Shown here: positions 46,069-59,080 of the stretch, piece by piece
Layout of the letters: the number at the start of each line of letters is the position of its first letter
Position numbering within the stretch: position 1 is the stretch's first letter
From: Camelus ferus
Lineage: Eukaryota
DNA length: 64,000 nucleotides
Direction: 5' to 3'
Assembly (NCBI RefSeq): GCF_009834535.1
Contig: NC_045698.1
Coordinates: 746,001 to 810,000, forward strand
Position numbers and translations under genes: made by a program
Notes under the pieces: generated by a model
Database searches by the model: none
The model's input: the letters and a program-made list of their open reading frames with translations, nothing else
What the model was told of the DNA's origin: nothing

Positions 46069-49000
46069 CTGCAAGGGGGCCCAGGGTGCGTCACGCCTGG
46101 CTGGCGAGGGAGGGAGGCCGGTCCTCGGTGCCCGGTGCCCGACACGCGGCAGTTGGGAGTTTACTGCTGTCTGGTGCCCTCCTGGTGGTTCTGTAACCGT
46201 CAGGCCCGAGCTCTGCTCTCACGGCCCACAGGAGGACGAGGACAGCTGTGCCGGAGCAGAGGCAGGGCTGGGACCCCCACCCGCAGGCTTCGACACGGAG
46301 CGCAGCACAGGGGCCAGGCGGCGGCCGCCTGCCTGTTCCGCCAGAGCAGCTCCAGCCACACGCTTTGGGGAGAGATGCTCACAGGAGTACACATCACTCA
46401 GACAGAAACTGGGCCCTAATCTGGGCAACACACGCCACCCAAAAGCTGCCTTCCCTGCAGGCAGGCCTGGGTGCGGGCGTGTGCAGACGTGCCCATCCAC
46501 CCCGCACAGCCGCGCCTCGGCCCACGCTCACCACCGCTGGTAGAGGTAGACGAGGAACACCACGTCGTCCCTGAAGCAGGCCAGCCGGTGGGAGGTGGGC
46601 ATGGTGATGACGAAGGCGAAGACATCGTCAATGAAGGTGTTGAAGGCCTGCGAGGGGGCAGGGCCATGAGACGGACGCGCTGCCCCCCGCCCCCGCCTGA
46701 GCTACTGGGCGCGTTGTCCCCCAGCACCTGCACCACCAACTCGAGCCTCAGAGCTGCCCCACAAAGCAGGGAGCCAGCAAGGGGGCCCTGGTGCCCTGAC
46801 ACCCGCCCGGCTCAGACCCCACAGCCGGGTACTCCCCACCCGGTTCCCCACACCCGGGACCTAGAACTGCCTGGGAACCCAAGGTGACGACACGGTGCAG
46901 CCTGTCCAGGAACAGCTGTTTTGTTCGGAAAACCGAAGGAATTTTAACCGCCCCCCACACCCCACCCCAACACCGAGGCTCTAATTCACAGCCGGGTCAT
47001 GTGTCCCAGCAGCACCAAAGGGCCACAGGGTCCAGCCTCCCTGCGTGTGGGACTGGCCACAACGCACCCAGACTGGCCGGGGGGTGAGCAGACCCACTGT
47101 CTGGGTTGACGTGGAGCCAGCACCCTGGACGCCAGGCCATGGGTACTTGTCTGTCCTCTGCTAACAACTGCCGAGAAGCAACATGGCTTTTAACTCAAGG
47201 GGACATCTGCTGTGTTGTGACAAACACGGACCTTTAAAGTCCCCACTGTAACTTCAGAGCTTTCTAAAGGGGACCCCCAGACACTCCCCCAGGAGTGCAG
47301 CCCAAGGGCGAGTGTGTGTGGCGTCAGGCAGGGGAAACACTAACCTTGTAGGTGAAGGCCTTCCAGGGCAGGTGTGCCACCGACTTCATCTGGGGACAGG
47401 AGACAGGGCGCGTCAGGGACTGGGCACATGGGGACAGGGGCCGTGGGGACAGGGGCGTCTTACCTTGTAGTTCACAAAGAGCTGGGGCAGCATGAACAGG
47501 AAGCCAAAAGCGTAGACCCCTGGGGAGACAGACGCGGCGCGGAGACTCGTGCGCACGACCAGCCGACCTGCGCGTCTCTGGGCGACAGGACCACCCACAC
47601 CCGCAGCGTGGGCACCCCAGTGAGCCACCCCCACGCCCGGGGGGCCGAGCCGGTGCTGGGGGCTGTGATAGGGCTCCTGCCCCACACCTGGTGATCACGG
47701 CCCTCCTGCTGTGTGGACGGCCCAGCTGGCCCCTAACTGCCACCAGAAAGCAGCGTGGTCAGGACCGGCCTGGAGAGCAGGCGGGCTGGGACCCTTGTGC
47801 CCTAAGGCAGCATTTACAGTCCGGGGGAACTGCTCCCTGAAGAGCATGCCGTCCCCGGCTGGTCTTGCAGACACACCGGGCCACGCGGGGCCCAGCGTGG
47901 GGCGGGGCAGGGCCTGGCGGGGAGCCTCGCACCGCCCCGGGGTCATGCAGCAGTGCGACAAAGGAACATGCGGCCAACGCTGAGGCTGAGGCGGGAGACG
48001 CAGGACTCACCATTGACGAAGCTGTTGACCAACCAGGAGTACCAGCTGGAAGGGAAGAGGCGGTGAGGGGCGGCTGCGCCCGTGCTGGCAGTTAACGGCT
48101 GCACCCCTTACCCTCGCCCAAGGCTCAGACGCTAATGTGAGAGCTGCTTCCCGGGCGCGCCCACCGAGGCGCGGGTGGAGATGCAGCCCCGACAGGCTTT
48201 CCCCCCACAACTTCCAGGGGGACGGGAACCACAGCCGACTGCGCAGAGCCGTCAGGGCCGCAGGCTGTGCATTCAGTTCTGCTCCCACGAGTGTTCCCGA
48301 CCCCACGAGGCCCAGGGTCGGCCCAGCCGCCGTCCATGCTGCAGCGACGACGCACAGCGGCAGGCGGCCCATCACTGTGGGCGCCTGGGCGGCGGGCTCT
48401 CACCTCTTGTACTTGACGTTCAGCAGAGAGTAGGCAGCGCCCCCGACACACAGCGGGTAGAGAAGGTAAGACAGGTACCTCATGGCCTGCAGCCAACAGA
48501 GACCTGTCAGCGCCGCCGCCAGGCCCGCACAGGCACCGCTCACCACACTGCAGACGGAGGGCGCACGCCCGGGAGCCCAGCGGCCAGCCTGCGCGAGGCT
48601 GTGCTGGAGGACAGCGCGCATCTGTCCAGACCTCAGGGCGTCCCCACCGCGACCGCATGGCAGCAGGACGCGTCCGCGCGAGGCCAGGAGAACCCGCCAC
48701 ACTGACAACCCTCAGGCCAGCAAGCAAGCATCTCAGAGAGGACTCTGGAGAAACACTCCCGGAGCCGGTGTCCGACTGACTTCTAGCCGACAACGCTTCA
48801 TCACTGTTTGTTCTGATCTAAACTTTTTCAAATTCCCCCCAAAGCTAGGAGGCAGACGATGCCCCCTAAACCGGAAAACACGATCATCCCTGTACGGAAA
48901 GTGCTACGTGAAATCCAGCTGAAACCTGCGGGTCCCCACAGTGGGGAAAGCGATGGCCTCAGGACATGGGGGCCCCTGGGAGGCCCACGGCCCCGTGACA

Positions 49001-52000
49001 GGCCCGCAGCCACGCACAGGGGACCGGCTCGGCCGCCCTCCTCCCAGGGGGAAGTCGCCGCGGGACCCCGCCCAGCAGGCAGCTCCGCCCACCTGAGTGT
49101 CGTACTCCTCTGTCTTCCTCTCCGACTCGCTGTAGGTGCCAAACTGTTGTGAAATTCAACACAGTCGTGTTAATTAACTGGCCAAACAGACATCAGAGGC
49201 TGTGCCCTGAGCTGAGTGTGGCTGACGTGGAAGCCCCCCAACTTCAGAGCACGGGGCGCAGAGGCCACGACCCACCAGCCCCATCGCGCTGGTGAGACCC
49301 GCCACGTGCCTCACTCCTAGCGGCCACTTCCTGTCCCCAGTCCCGCTGGGTTTGCAGTGAAAACATTGCTCTTAAGTCAGTAAAGGTGGGTCACTGGCCT
49401 TAGAACAAAACAAACTGCACCCCACCTCCAGGTGTCCCACCCTCGACCTGGAAACCTGAAGGCCACGCAGACTAAGGTTCCTTGATTTAAGCCCATCGTG
49501 GGAAGAGGAGTGAGGGCCCCGACCAGAAACCTCACAGTGACACCCAGCCCCACCCAATCTGCCCAGAAAGCTAGTGACCCCCAGCACAGCCGTGTGGGAC
49601 CAGCCTGGACCGTGCTGCGGGCAGCAGCACACCCGCTGCAGGAGCCAGAAGCGTGGATGCCACACCTGCACCTGGCCAGCCAGCATCCTGTCTTGTTAGG
49701 GAGGTGGGAGAACAGCTCGCATGTGGGCAGGGCCAGGCCTGGGACCCCAGGGTAGTGAGAACGCCCAGGATGCTGGTGGGCAGAGCTGCAGAGCGGTGAC
49801 CCGCCCCGCCCTCCCTGCTCCCAGATGCCTGTGTTCCCACCAGTCTGCAGACAAGAGATCAGCGAGTGACCAAGTGACGCTCGCCTGCTCTCACGTCCCA
49901 CAAACGCTGGGGATGCAGCTGAGAAACATGACAGCAGACAACCTGGCCCCGCGAGCGGGCCGGCCGGAGAGGAGGTGGGGCGCAGAACCCGGAGGATGGG
50001 AGGGTTCCGACGGCAGAACTCCCACCTGAAACGCGGGCCTCAGGCCCCTCCAGACGACTGTCATCTTCAAGGCCTTCTTCACTTTCCACAGCTGAGGGGA
50101 AACGAGGAGTGGGCGATGAGGTTCTGGGACCAGGGGGAGGCCACGGCACACTCAGGGCCAGCTCAGGGCCGGCTCAGGGCCCCACACCCCTGCCCACCTG
50201 ATGGCACCGCTTCCCTCTGCTGCTCACACTCAGGGCATCCAGCCTGTCCGCCCACATGGACCCAGCCACCTGCTTGGCACCACCGGGACAGCACCAGCTG
50301 GGCTGTCCTCCTCTGGACAAGTTCCCTCCCTGCTCATCTGCACTCAGCCAGCTCGCCCCACCCCGCCTGCCTCCAAATTAGCCCCAGCACCTTCCCCTGG
50401 TACCTGGGAGACCCCAGCCCCATGTCCTGCCATTGTGGGGTCTCTCCAGGACCGACCCCACGGGCCGCCTCGCTAAGACAGGACCAGCACAACGGCCTGT
50501 GAGGTTGGTGTCTGTGCAGTGACTTGTGGCCATGGGAGGGTCCCTGCCAGCCGCAGGCAGGGCCTGGGACACGCAGAGCGGGGAAATCCTGGCCGGCCAC
50601 CCCTTCATTGCTCCTGTGCCCCAACCCCACCTCCACTCTCGGCCCCGAGTGCCCCAGCCCCACAAGGCTGCTTTCTCTGAGCTCCATACTACCGGCAGGT
50701 CACGGGGCGCCTGCCTGCCACATGTGTCCAGGACGGCACCCAGCACAGCCAGAGCCACGGGGTGAACATGGCCGGCAGGAAGATGCGAGGAGCCCAAGCT
50801 TCCAGATGACAAGAAACACAGGGCAGTCTGCTGCTCTGGCCGGCAGCCGCGCCCGTGCCCTCCTAGGTGGCCCCACACTCCTAGGCCAGGGATGTGAGTT
50901 CCAACAGCGCCGGGGCTGAGGCCCAGGGACAGCCACACATGGGAGCTCAGACCACACAAGCCCTGGGGGTGACGCACCTCGATGGCGGCTCCGATGCCTG
51001 CAGGGACCAGCACCAGCAGGCTCGTCTGCTCGTCCAGCAGGAACAGGAAAATGACCACCGTGCTGAAGCAGCGCCAGAGCACTAGGGGTAGAGAGAGGGG
51101 CTGAGTGGGCGGGGCTGAGCGGGGGTGGGGGGGTGCACGCGTGCAGCTTCGACCACGCCTCCCCTCCGTCCACTGAAAGGGAACAGTGGGCCACGTGCAG
51201 CCACGGGAGGTGTGAAATGACTGAAGGGCTGGACCGCAGAAGGCACTCGGCTGGTGTGGCAGTTACACTTGTACACACAGGTGCACAGGCCCGTGGAGGA
51301 AACCGGCTCCTGACTCGATCGCAGCCCTACCTCCCCAGGTCCAGCCCCACACTTTCCTGCTTTCACGCCGAGTCTGTGATCCCGAGTTTGTTTTAAAACC
51401 TGCCCATCCTTTCAGGCTGTGCTCAAGGCCCCGCCGTGCACCCCTCTCGGGGGAGGTCAGGCCCAGGACACACACTGCTCACGCCACAGCCTGAAAAGGC
51501 CGGGGGAGGGGGGGCACCCAAGCAACCCAGACCACCCCTCAGTGTCATTCCCACGGGATGAAGAGAACAGCCTCCCTCATCTGAGACTCAGCTTGGCGGC
51601 CACAGGAGACCACGACCCGACACACGGCACTGAGAGCCAGCACCTGTGCCACCTGTCACCCGGGCGGGGCCCCGTCCTCCACGGTCGCAGGCTCACACAG
51701 CTGGGCTGTTAGGACGTGGGCTCCAAGGCACCTCGTGAACAAGAGGCGGTCACACAGCACAGGCCCCACGAGGAGCGGCGGGCCTGCGGTGCTGGGGGGC
51801 ATGCTCTGCGGCCGGGGGCCCTGGGCACCCACCTGCCTTGGAGGACATGCCGGTCATGCTCTTCTTCTTCTTCCAGAAGCTGATGTCGTTTTTAAATGCC
51901 AGGAAGTCAAAGAGCAGCTGAAAGGAAGACGAGACGGCAAGCGGCCTCTGAGGCTCTCCCTGCTGCTCCGCCCCGAGACGCCACAGCTCAGGAAAACCCA

Positions 52001-55000
52001 CGTCTCCCAGCACAGCTCAGGCCAGTCTCAGCCCGGCTGGCGGCCGACTGCCAGGCCTGTGCCTCGAGGCCCCCTGGCCCCGCGACACCTCTGCCTGTCC
52101 CACAGGGACCCTACAGGTGGGCCTGGTTTGTCACTGCGAGAACCGCCACGTTAGACCCTACCCAAGCAAACGCTTGTTCTACAAATCATTCATCCATCTC
52201 GTTGGTTTTGAATTCTTTTCAAAATGGCTTCCAAAACCAGCAGACAAAACCCCTTGTCCTAAAGGTGGTCAGGGCCTGAGGTGCGGGGGAAGGAAGTCCC
52301 AGCGAGCAGACCACACGGCCCAGCTGGGGAGCTGCCCACGTGTGCCCGGCCTTCCCAGGACCACTCACGTGAAACGCTGCCACGAAGAACGTCAAGGCCA
52401 GGAAGTACAGATTGGTGTCCACGAAGATCCCTTTCACCTCGTCTGCGTCCTTCTCGGAAAACCCTGCGGAGAAGGAGACCCCACGTGAGCCGGGGGACCA
52501 CGAGCTACATGGGAGCCCCGAAGGCGGGGTCTGCGCCGTGTCGGCAGCAGGAGCTCCCAGTCAAACGGGGTCTGTTATGTAAAGTGCGACTACACAGACC
52601 CCCAGGTGCTCCGGGAGAACGTCCTCACGGACGCCCGCGCTCCCAGAGTGGAACCGGAGTGAGAAACCTGCACCTCAGGCTCCAGCCTGCCAGGTTTGAG
52701 GGGAACCACCCCCCACCCCAGGGCGGCCCACCCGGCGTCCTCACCGAACTGCTGCAGCGAGAACACGGCGTCCTGCATGTGGATCCAGAAGCGCAGCCTC
52801 CCCAGCGAGATCCTGTCGTAGCACACGGTGAGGGGCAGCTCCGTGGTGGAGCGGTTGATGACCTGGCAGGAAGGGCGGTGGTGAGGGCTGCCTGGCCACA
52901 CACCCCAGGCCTGCCCTAGGCTCTGCGCCGACCCAGACCCACGCAGCCACGGTGGCTCTGGCTGGACCCAAGGCCAGTCTCCTACCTTCGCCCTTCCTCC
53001 CCTACCCGGGGTTCCATCCCCATGCTGTCCTCTTGGAACCAAGCAGGGCACCTCCTCCAGGAAGCCCTCCCAGCCCTCATCCCCTCTCAATGACCTGACC
53101 CCTGTGCGTCTCATATGTGTCACAGCCCCATGAGCTGGGGCTTCGTGGGTGTGCATGGCACCACCAGCAGGTGCTGGGGACCGGCCTGTGCCTCTGGGTT
53201 GAGCACCAGCCTGCAGGAGCCTCAGCCTCTCCCAAGGATGGACATGAGAGGGTGGCTGTGAGACCCTGCCTGCACATAGGGTCGAGCGCTCGGGAGAGGC
53301 TGCACTTGGGACAGCAGGGCAGGGCAGTCACATGCACTGGGACAGCGGGAGCTTCAGGAAGAGGTGGCACCTGAGCTGAGCTCTTGAGTATGCACAGAAC
53401 TGACATGTGTGTGGGAAAGGGGGAAGTGGGGAGAGCAGTAACCCCCTCCACAGGAGTGCTATGTTCCACGGCACTGCGTGGCAGGGTGCGGTCTGCTCCC
53501 TGGGCCCCACCTCACTCACGACACTCACAGCAGACAGCGAGTGGCAGGAGCCCGGCAACCAGACGGGCCAGGATGGACTGGACACCCGGCCCCGGCATTG
53601 GTCCCCCATCCCCCGGGCAGCACACTGGCCTCAGCAGGCAGATGGCAGGCAAGGCCCGTCCGGGGGCACTGTCTAGGCCCCATCACCCCAGTGGGCTTGT
53701 GTCTCTCCAAAGACAGCATTCCCTCTGAAAGGTGGCTCCAAGCAAGACCAAGGACTACTGGCCAGAGAAATGGTCTGGGAGGGAGCCAGCTGGGTGCGCA
53801 CGACTCTGTGTCTGAACACAGCACTGCTGATGCCAGGCCTTTGACTAAACTACATCCCCCAGGCGGTCACAAGAACAGAGATGCCTCCAGCAACCCGGGC
53901 AGACTCAGTCTCTCCCCACGGCCTCCCAAGTGCCTGCATGGGGCCGGCTCCAAGGGCCTTGCCGGCTGTGACCAACAGCCCCTCGCACCCAAGGCACTGT
54001 GTGAGTCAGCAGAACCCAGTGCAGCTCAGGTCTGCCCGCTGTGCAGGCCAGAGAATGCTGGGTAGGGGACCTCAGCTGGAGAGATCACCTAAACAGGCCC
54101 CCGTGAAACAGGGACACACCTCCACAGAGAGCAAGCCACCAACACGGCAGGACAGCCCCAGAGGAGGCAGGCTTTGCTGAGACTTTCCTGACGAGCACAT
54201 GGCCTCATGTGAGGACAGGAGCTGCGCACCCGCCATCCACACACTGAGCCAAGGGTCCTTCCAGAGCCCTTCACTGGGCGCGTGAGGCACAGGCAGGGAG
54301 CGCCCACCAGCAGCAACCCCGAGCCCCCCTGAAACACGCAGGAGCAGTGGGTCCAGGGAGTGACATCCACTCACCACGAGGTCCTTCACGCGGTTGCTGA
54401 GCTGGTCGATGAAGAGGATGGGCAAGTAGTGCACAGTCTTCCCCAGCTGGACCCTGGGGGGACAGATTTGGAGTCACCCCGCAACCTAAACCCCCAGGAC
54501 TAAAGGCGGCGCAGAGACGCTGGCTGTGCCTCTCAGGATCCCCCGACTCCCAGCGTCTGCAGTCGCTCGTCAACAGTGGAGGACATGCCTCCCTGAGGGA
54601 AGCATGGGGTCCTCACAAGCTCTGCTGTTTCCCCGCCCAGCCGCAGCCCTGGGTGGGAGACCCCAGGGCCACCAGGAGGAGGGTGAGGGAACGGGGACCT
54701 GGGACACGGTGGAAAAGCATCCAGGTGGCAAAAAGCACGGCCACCTGCACTGACGTGGGTGGCCCGTGATGCGGTGAGAAGTGCCTCCACCCTCCGCGCC
54801 TGGGAGCGGGCAGGAGGCCTTTGCCCCAATGCTCCTGCTGCTGCTTTCACACTGTGAACTAGGTGAATGCGTTACACACTCGAAGATGAGATTCAAATTT
54901 TACAAAAGGGAAAACCTGATGACGAGACCCCTGGAGCCACTGGGAAATCAACAAGGGGACAGTTCTCATCACGGCTGTTTCCAGGTGACAGATCGTGACT

Positions 55001-58000
55001 TAACGGGGCCCCAAGGTGAAGAGTCGCGGGATTATGCAGGCTGATGGGTCTGCCAGCTATACTTACAGGGGAAACTTACAGTGACAGGAGATCTGAGGAC
55101 AAAGGTTTAGGCAACCGTAAGCGAGTCAGAGGCAACGGGCCAGCTGGCAGCTCAGGGAGTGAATGAGTGGGGCTCAGAGCTGGGCAGGAAAGCACATCTG
55201 ACAGTGTCCCTCCCGCAGCCTGGCCCTGGGCTTGGCGCCGGACAGCGACACTTACATCTTCATGTACCGATGCACGTCGGCAGGCAGGGAGGCGCCGTCA
55301 AAAATGAAGTCATCCACCATCACATTCAGGGTCAGCCTTGGTCTCCAGTGAGAAACGGGCTCATCCAGGGCACTTGTTGGCTTCTTCTCAGCTTCGAGCT
55401 GCTGCTTAATAAAAGGGTGACTTAGCAGGAGGGGCCCAGGGCACAGGGCGGAGGCAGCGCGGCCAGGGCAGCAGGGCGGCCAGCACCTCCCCTGGAACAG
55501 CCCACGAGCCAGGATGCCCGACCAGCAGGAACCAGCGGGGACCCTCAGCTGCCAGCTCCTGGACTCCTACAGCCCTCAGCAGAAGCTGAAGTGAAACTGT
55601 TTTGTCACATGTATCTCCCCGACTCCTGGTCTGTGTCCTCATTCTGAGCAGGGACCTGAGAAGGACAAGTCCCTGGGCCAGCAGGGGGAGGGGCAGGAAA
55701 TCTGGAGCTAAGAGGCCTGCGGTGTGCGAGGAGCCTGAGTGGGAGATGCTTCTAAACCAGCTACGTCCAGCTGCCTGGAGGGGGATGTGTTCACGACTGG
55801 ACGTCAGCCCTAAACATCACTACATTCAGAAACAGTCTGATGTGCAGGAAACCTTTATTTCAGACGGAATTGTTAAGTCCTACGAAGCACTATCACTCTA
55901 TTTATCTCCTACCTAAACCTACGGTTCAGCTACAATAACTTACAAAAAAGGTGGCTTTCTGAGGAACAGAGACAGCTAACGTACACTCAGCCCCATACGT
56001 GCCAGAGACCCCTTCATACCCTTCACACCCGCCGCCTCACTGACTCCCCGGGAAGGCCCCCAGGATGAAGGGTCACGTGGGCCCCAAAAAGGGAACGAGG
56101 GGTCTTTCCAAGGGCGCACAGCATGAGGCAGCTCCACAGACACTTTCTGGAGCGCTGCCATCTCTCTCTGTGATGACCTCGCCTCCCACTCAACACAGGC
56201 CCCAACACCAGAATTCCTGCTTCACACTCCACTCTGCTAACGATTGCTTACACAGCCTCCCGCCCTTCTTTGTACAGAGCTTCTGTGTGTGCATGAGAAA
56301 TAATTTGTACACATGCCTTTTCCATAGTTCTGAGTTATACTCTCAAAATAAACATTCAAACGCTGTCCTGTCCTATACACAGTGTACCACCTCCCAAGGA
56401 GAAGGGACAGAGGAAAGGTTTTTGACTGCAGCTGAGCTCCACAGAAGAGGCTGTCCTGAACCCCCCGGGGTGCACACACACCCTCTGGGGCCTGAGAAGG
56501 AACCTGGGTAAAGAAAGTCACTGAACTCCTTAAATTGCATATCACTAATTTGATGTAAAATTTATCTCCAAACCTATGAGGAATTATTGAGCTGAGAGGT
56601 TTGCACACCAATAACGTCAGACGGCTTTCCTTTCTAGCAGTCCAGCCCCAGATGCAAACTGCACATGCAGACACGCGTGCGAAAACTCCAGGGGGAGTGA
56701 GCAGCTTCGTTCAGCTGGTAGGTAACCTGATGGAGACACCCACCTGAGTAGCAGACTCCCCAGTGAGCAGGTTGACCTCTTCTGGTTTGGGGACCATGTA
56801 GGTGGTCAGAGGGCTCACCAGGTGCACCTGCTTCCCATCCTGCCACGGGAGAACGCCCGCATGGTGGAGGAAGATGTAGGCGTACAGCGTCCCGTTATTT
56901 CTGGTTTTCTTTGGTACAGAAACATTAACTGTCCTGAAACAAATGACAATTCAACCACTTACATTTTACGTTCTGCGTACACACACGGTGGAGACCACTC
57001 AAGTACCCTTATAAATAATGTCTGAAACTGCACAACTGATTTTTGCTGAGAAGTACTAAAAATGAAACCCACCTGCCTAGACACCACTGAAATCCTAACC
57101 TTGGACATTTACGAAACGTTCTGAAAGTCCTGCACTTTCTGCCCCGCTTCCCAGGCTCGGGAGTCAGAACTCACTGCATGCCCAGGCTAACCAGGCCAAC
57201 TCCAAGCCCGTGTGCCCTCTGCCTGCTGCACTGCCACCCAAAGACACACACTCTTGACAAGCATATCATTTTTAACCATTTTAAAAATTACCTCGCTGAA
57301 ATTCAAAACACGAGAACCATAGGTTAAATGCAACTTTAAAAACTCACGTTATGTATTTGAACACTTAAACACTGCTTGATCCGTTATTACACAGTATTTC
57401 ACTTCATCATGATTTTCTGCTAAATTCTTTCCTCCATCCCTTCTCCTTCCCTGACAGGAGACCCAACTGAGCCACTCGCACCAGGAAGACAAGCTGTTTG
57501 CTGCGGGAGCCTGTACAAGCTCTGTCCCCAGCTTCACCCCCACCACAGCACCTGCTCCTCTGGAAACCCCCATGGCTGCGCTGATCCCGGCTATCAGTGT
57601 CGGCTGCTGTAATCTACTTCCTAGATGATAAACGACACCTGCCACTTTCAAGTGAAACCAAAGTCCAACTGTTTGTGTACCACACACACCTGCAGATAAA
57701 GCAGGAGACGGCAGGTGACACTGCTTCTCTGAGGTCACCCCTCACATGCAGAATGCTGACTTTTCCACCATCTCAACGTTAATGATGTTTTCCCATCACT
57801 CAGTCCACGTCCATACCTTTCAAATTTGGACTGCACGTCAAAGTCCTCCACGTTCAAGACAAGATCCACGTTGTTCTCTGCACCCAGGTTGGACCGCGTG
57901 GTGGTGTACACACTGAGCTGGAACGGACGCCAAGAAAGTCAGATGGGCAAGACCCCTGGCGGAAAGCACACGCGGCAAACAGCGACTGGAGGGAGGGACA

Positions 58001-58466
58001 CGCACCAGCTACCACGGGGGAAGGTGCACCTTAACTCCCACCTGTGACAGGATGGCGGAGCGGACGTGCCTGCTGCAAGGGACACTGTGCTACAGTGTCT
58101 GACCCGCTTCATCAGCCGGGCAGGGGTACACCGACTCTGGGCGTCTTAAGACGGGGTGAAGACGGGCCCAGGGGCCCGCGTGCGGGAAGGGTATTTAGGA
58201 CACGGGGTGTGGAGTCCAGGTCTGGTTCAGGTGCGAAGGGCCTGGCCCCTGACCTCGCCCCGAAGTCAGAGGTCACAGCTCAAGTGGGAGGGGCCTGCGC
58301 TCACCTGCAGCTTGGGCCTCCGCGCCAGGTAGGGCAGGATGCAGTTGCCGCCGCCGGCGCACGGGCGGGTGTAGACGATGCCATACATGACCCAGCAGGT
58401 GTGCACCACGTACACCACGAACACGCCCACGACCAGGCTGGTGAAGGAGCTGCGGCCGCTCCACAT
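45996..58466 (-). CDS. CLPTM1L: CLPTM1-like protein (ER lipid scramblase, CRR9), complete 17-exon CDS, 534 aa
   Basis: complement(join(58305-58466,57817-57917,56744-56933,55256-55401,54375-54453,52745-52862,52369-52463,51833-51917,50978-51081,50026-50091,49093-49143,48404-48486,48011-48045,47464-47519,47345-47389,46532-46647,45996-46068)). All introns GT-AG. Starts [25 protein letters not shown]; contains [54 protein letters not shown]; ends [22 protein letters not shown]. Confidence 0.96.
46532..46647 (-). CDS. CLPTM1L: CLPTM1L exon 16
   Basis: [38 protein letters not shown]|gtgagc. Confidence 0.95.
47345..47389 (-). CDS. CLPTM1L: CLPTM1L exon 15
   Basis: [15 protein letters not shown]|gttagt. 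Confidence 0.93.
47464..47519 (-). CDS. CLPTM1L: CLPTM1L exon 14
   Basis: [18 protein letters not shown]|gtaaga. Confidence 0.94.
48011..48045 (-). CDS. CLPTM1L: CLPTM1L exon 13
   Basis: ttccag|[11 protein letters not shown]|gtgagt. Confidence 0.92.
48404..48486 (-). CDS. CLPTM1L: CLPTM1L exon 12
   Basis: [27 protein letters not shown]|gtgaga. Confidence 0.94.
49093..49143 (-). CDS. CLPTM1L: CLPTM1L exon 11
   Basis: caacag|[17 protein letters not shown]|gtgggc. Confidence 0.93.
50026..50091 (-). CDS. CLPTM1L: CLPTM1L exon 10
   Basis: [22 protein letters not shown]|gtggga. Confidence 0.93.
50978..51081 (-). CDS. CLPTM1L: CLPTM1L exon 9
   Basis: [34 protein letters not shown]|gtgcgt. Confidence 0.94.
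51833..51917 (-). CDS. CLPTM1L: CLPTM1L exon 8
   Basis: [28 protein letters not shown]|gtgggt. Confidence 0.94.
52369..52463 (-). CDS. CLPTM1L: CLPTM1L exon 7
   Basis: [31 protein letters not shown]|gtgagt. Confidence 0.94.
52745..52862 (-). CDS. CLPTM1L: CLPTM1L exon 6
   Basis: [39 protein letters not shown]|gtgagg. Confidence 0.94.
54375..54453 (-). CDS. CLPTM1L: CLPTM1L exon 5
   Basis: [26 protein letters not shown]|gtgagt. Confidence 0.94.
55256..55401 (-). CDS. CLPTM1L: CLPTM1L exon 4 (start uncertain by 3 nt either way, tandem acceptors)
   Basis: aagcag|[27 protein letters not shown]...DVHRYMK|gtaagt. Confidence 0.9.
56744..56933 (-). CDS. CLPTM1L: CLPTM1L exon 3
   Basis: tttcag|[23 protein letters not shown]...[11 protein letters not shown]|gtgggt. 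Confidence 0.94.
57817..57917 (-). CDS. CLPTM1L: CLPTM1L exon 2
   Basis: ttccag|[33 protein letters not shown]|gtatgg. Confidence 0.94.
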
Positions 58467-59080
58467 GGCGCCGCCGCCGGGCCGGGCCCACCTCACTGCC
58501 GAGGGCCCCGCCGCCCGCCCGCACGCTCCGGCCGCCGCCGCCGCCGCTCACGCGAGAGCCGCGGCGCGCCGCCGCCACCTCCGGGGAACGAACCCGCCGC
58601 GCGCCGCGGGCCGCCCGCCGCCCCGCATACTCCTGTCGCCGCCGCCGACCTGTCGCCCCGGGATTCGCCGCCCGCGCCGCTTCCGAGCCCTGCACCGCCC
58701 GCCGGAAGTGGGCGCGCCGCACGGCCCCCTGGGAAGCGTAGTCCAGCCACCGCCGCGCACGCACGCTACGTCAGGGGCGCAGTGCTTACGTCACCCGCCC
58801 GCGCCGCCCTCCCGGCATGCCCGGCGGCGTCCGCGTGTTCGGGCTTCGGCCGGTCCTGGGGGGCGTCGGCGCGTGTCTTGAAGGCGGGTGTCGGGAGGCC
58901 GGGCGCGGGGCGCCGGGCCGGGCTGTCCCCATAGCGTCGGGCCCCCCAGCCGCCGCCCCCACCCGCTCTTCCTGTTTCCGTCGAAGAGTCGGTAGAATCA
59001 GGACCCTTGATTGCCGGGGGCCGCCGTGCCCGCTGGCCGGCCCTGCGCTGGAGAACGCCCCGCCCTCATGTGCGTTTGGG
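58250..59080. promoter_or_regulatory. CLPTM1L CpG-island promoter
   Basis: Dense CpG around exon 1. CCGGAAGTG (ETS/GABP consensus) at 58702-58710, CRE-like TACGTCA at 58767-58773 and 58787-58793, CTTCCTGTTTCCG at 58968-58980. Boundaries approximate. Confidence 0.85.
58305..58466 (-). CDS. CLPTM1L: CLPTM1L exon 1 coding part
   Basis: gcc[15 protein letters not shown]...YLARRPKLQ|gtgagc. Confidence 0.96.

Noticed and set aside
45641..46543. 300-aa plus-strand ORF overlapping the CLPTM1L 3' end
   Set aside because: TTG start, antisense to the last exons and UTR, and no protein-like features.
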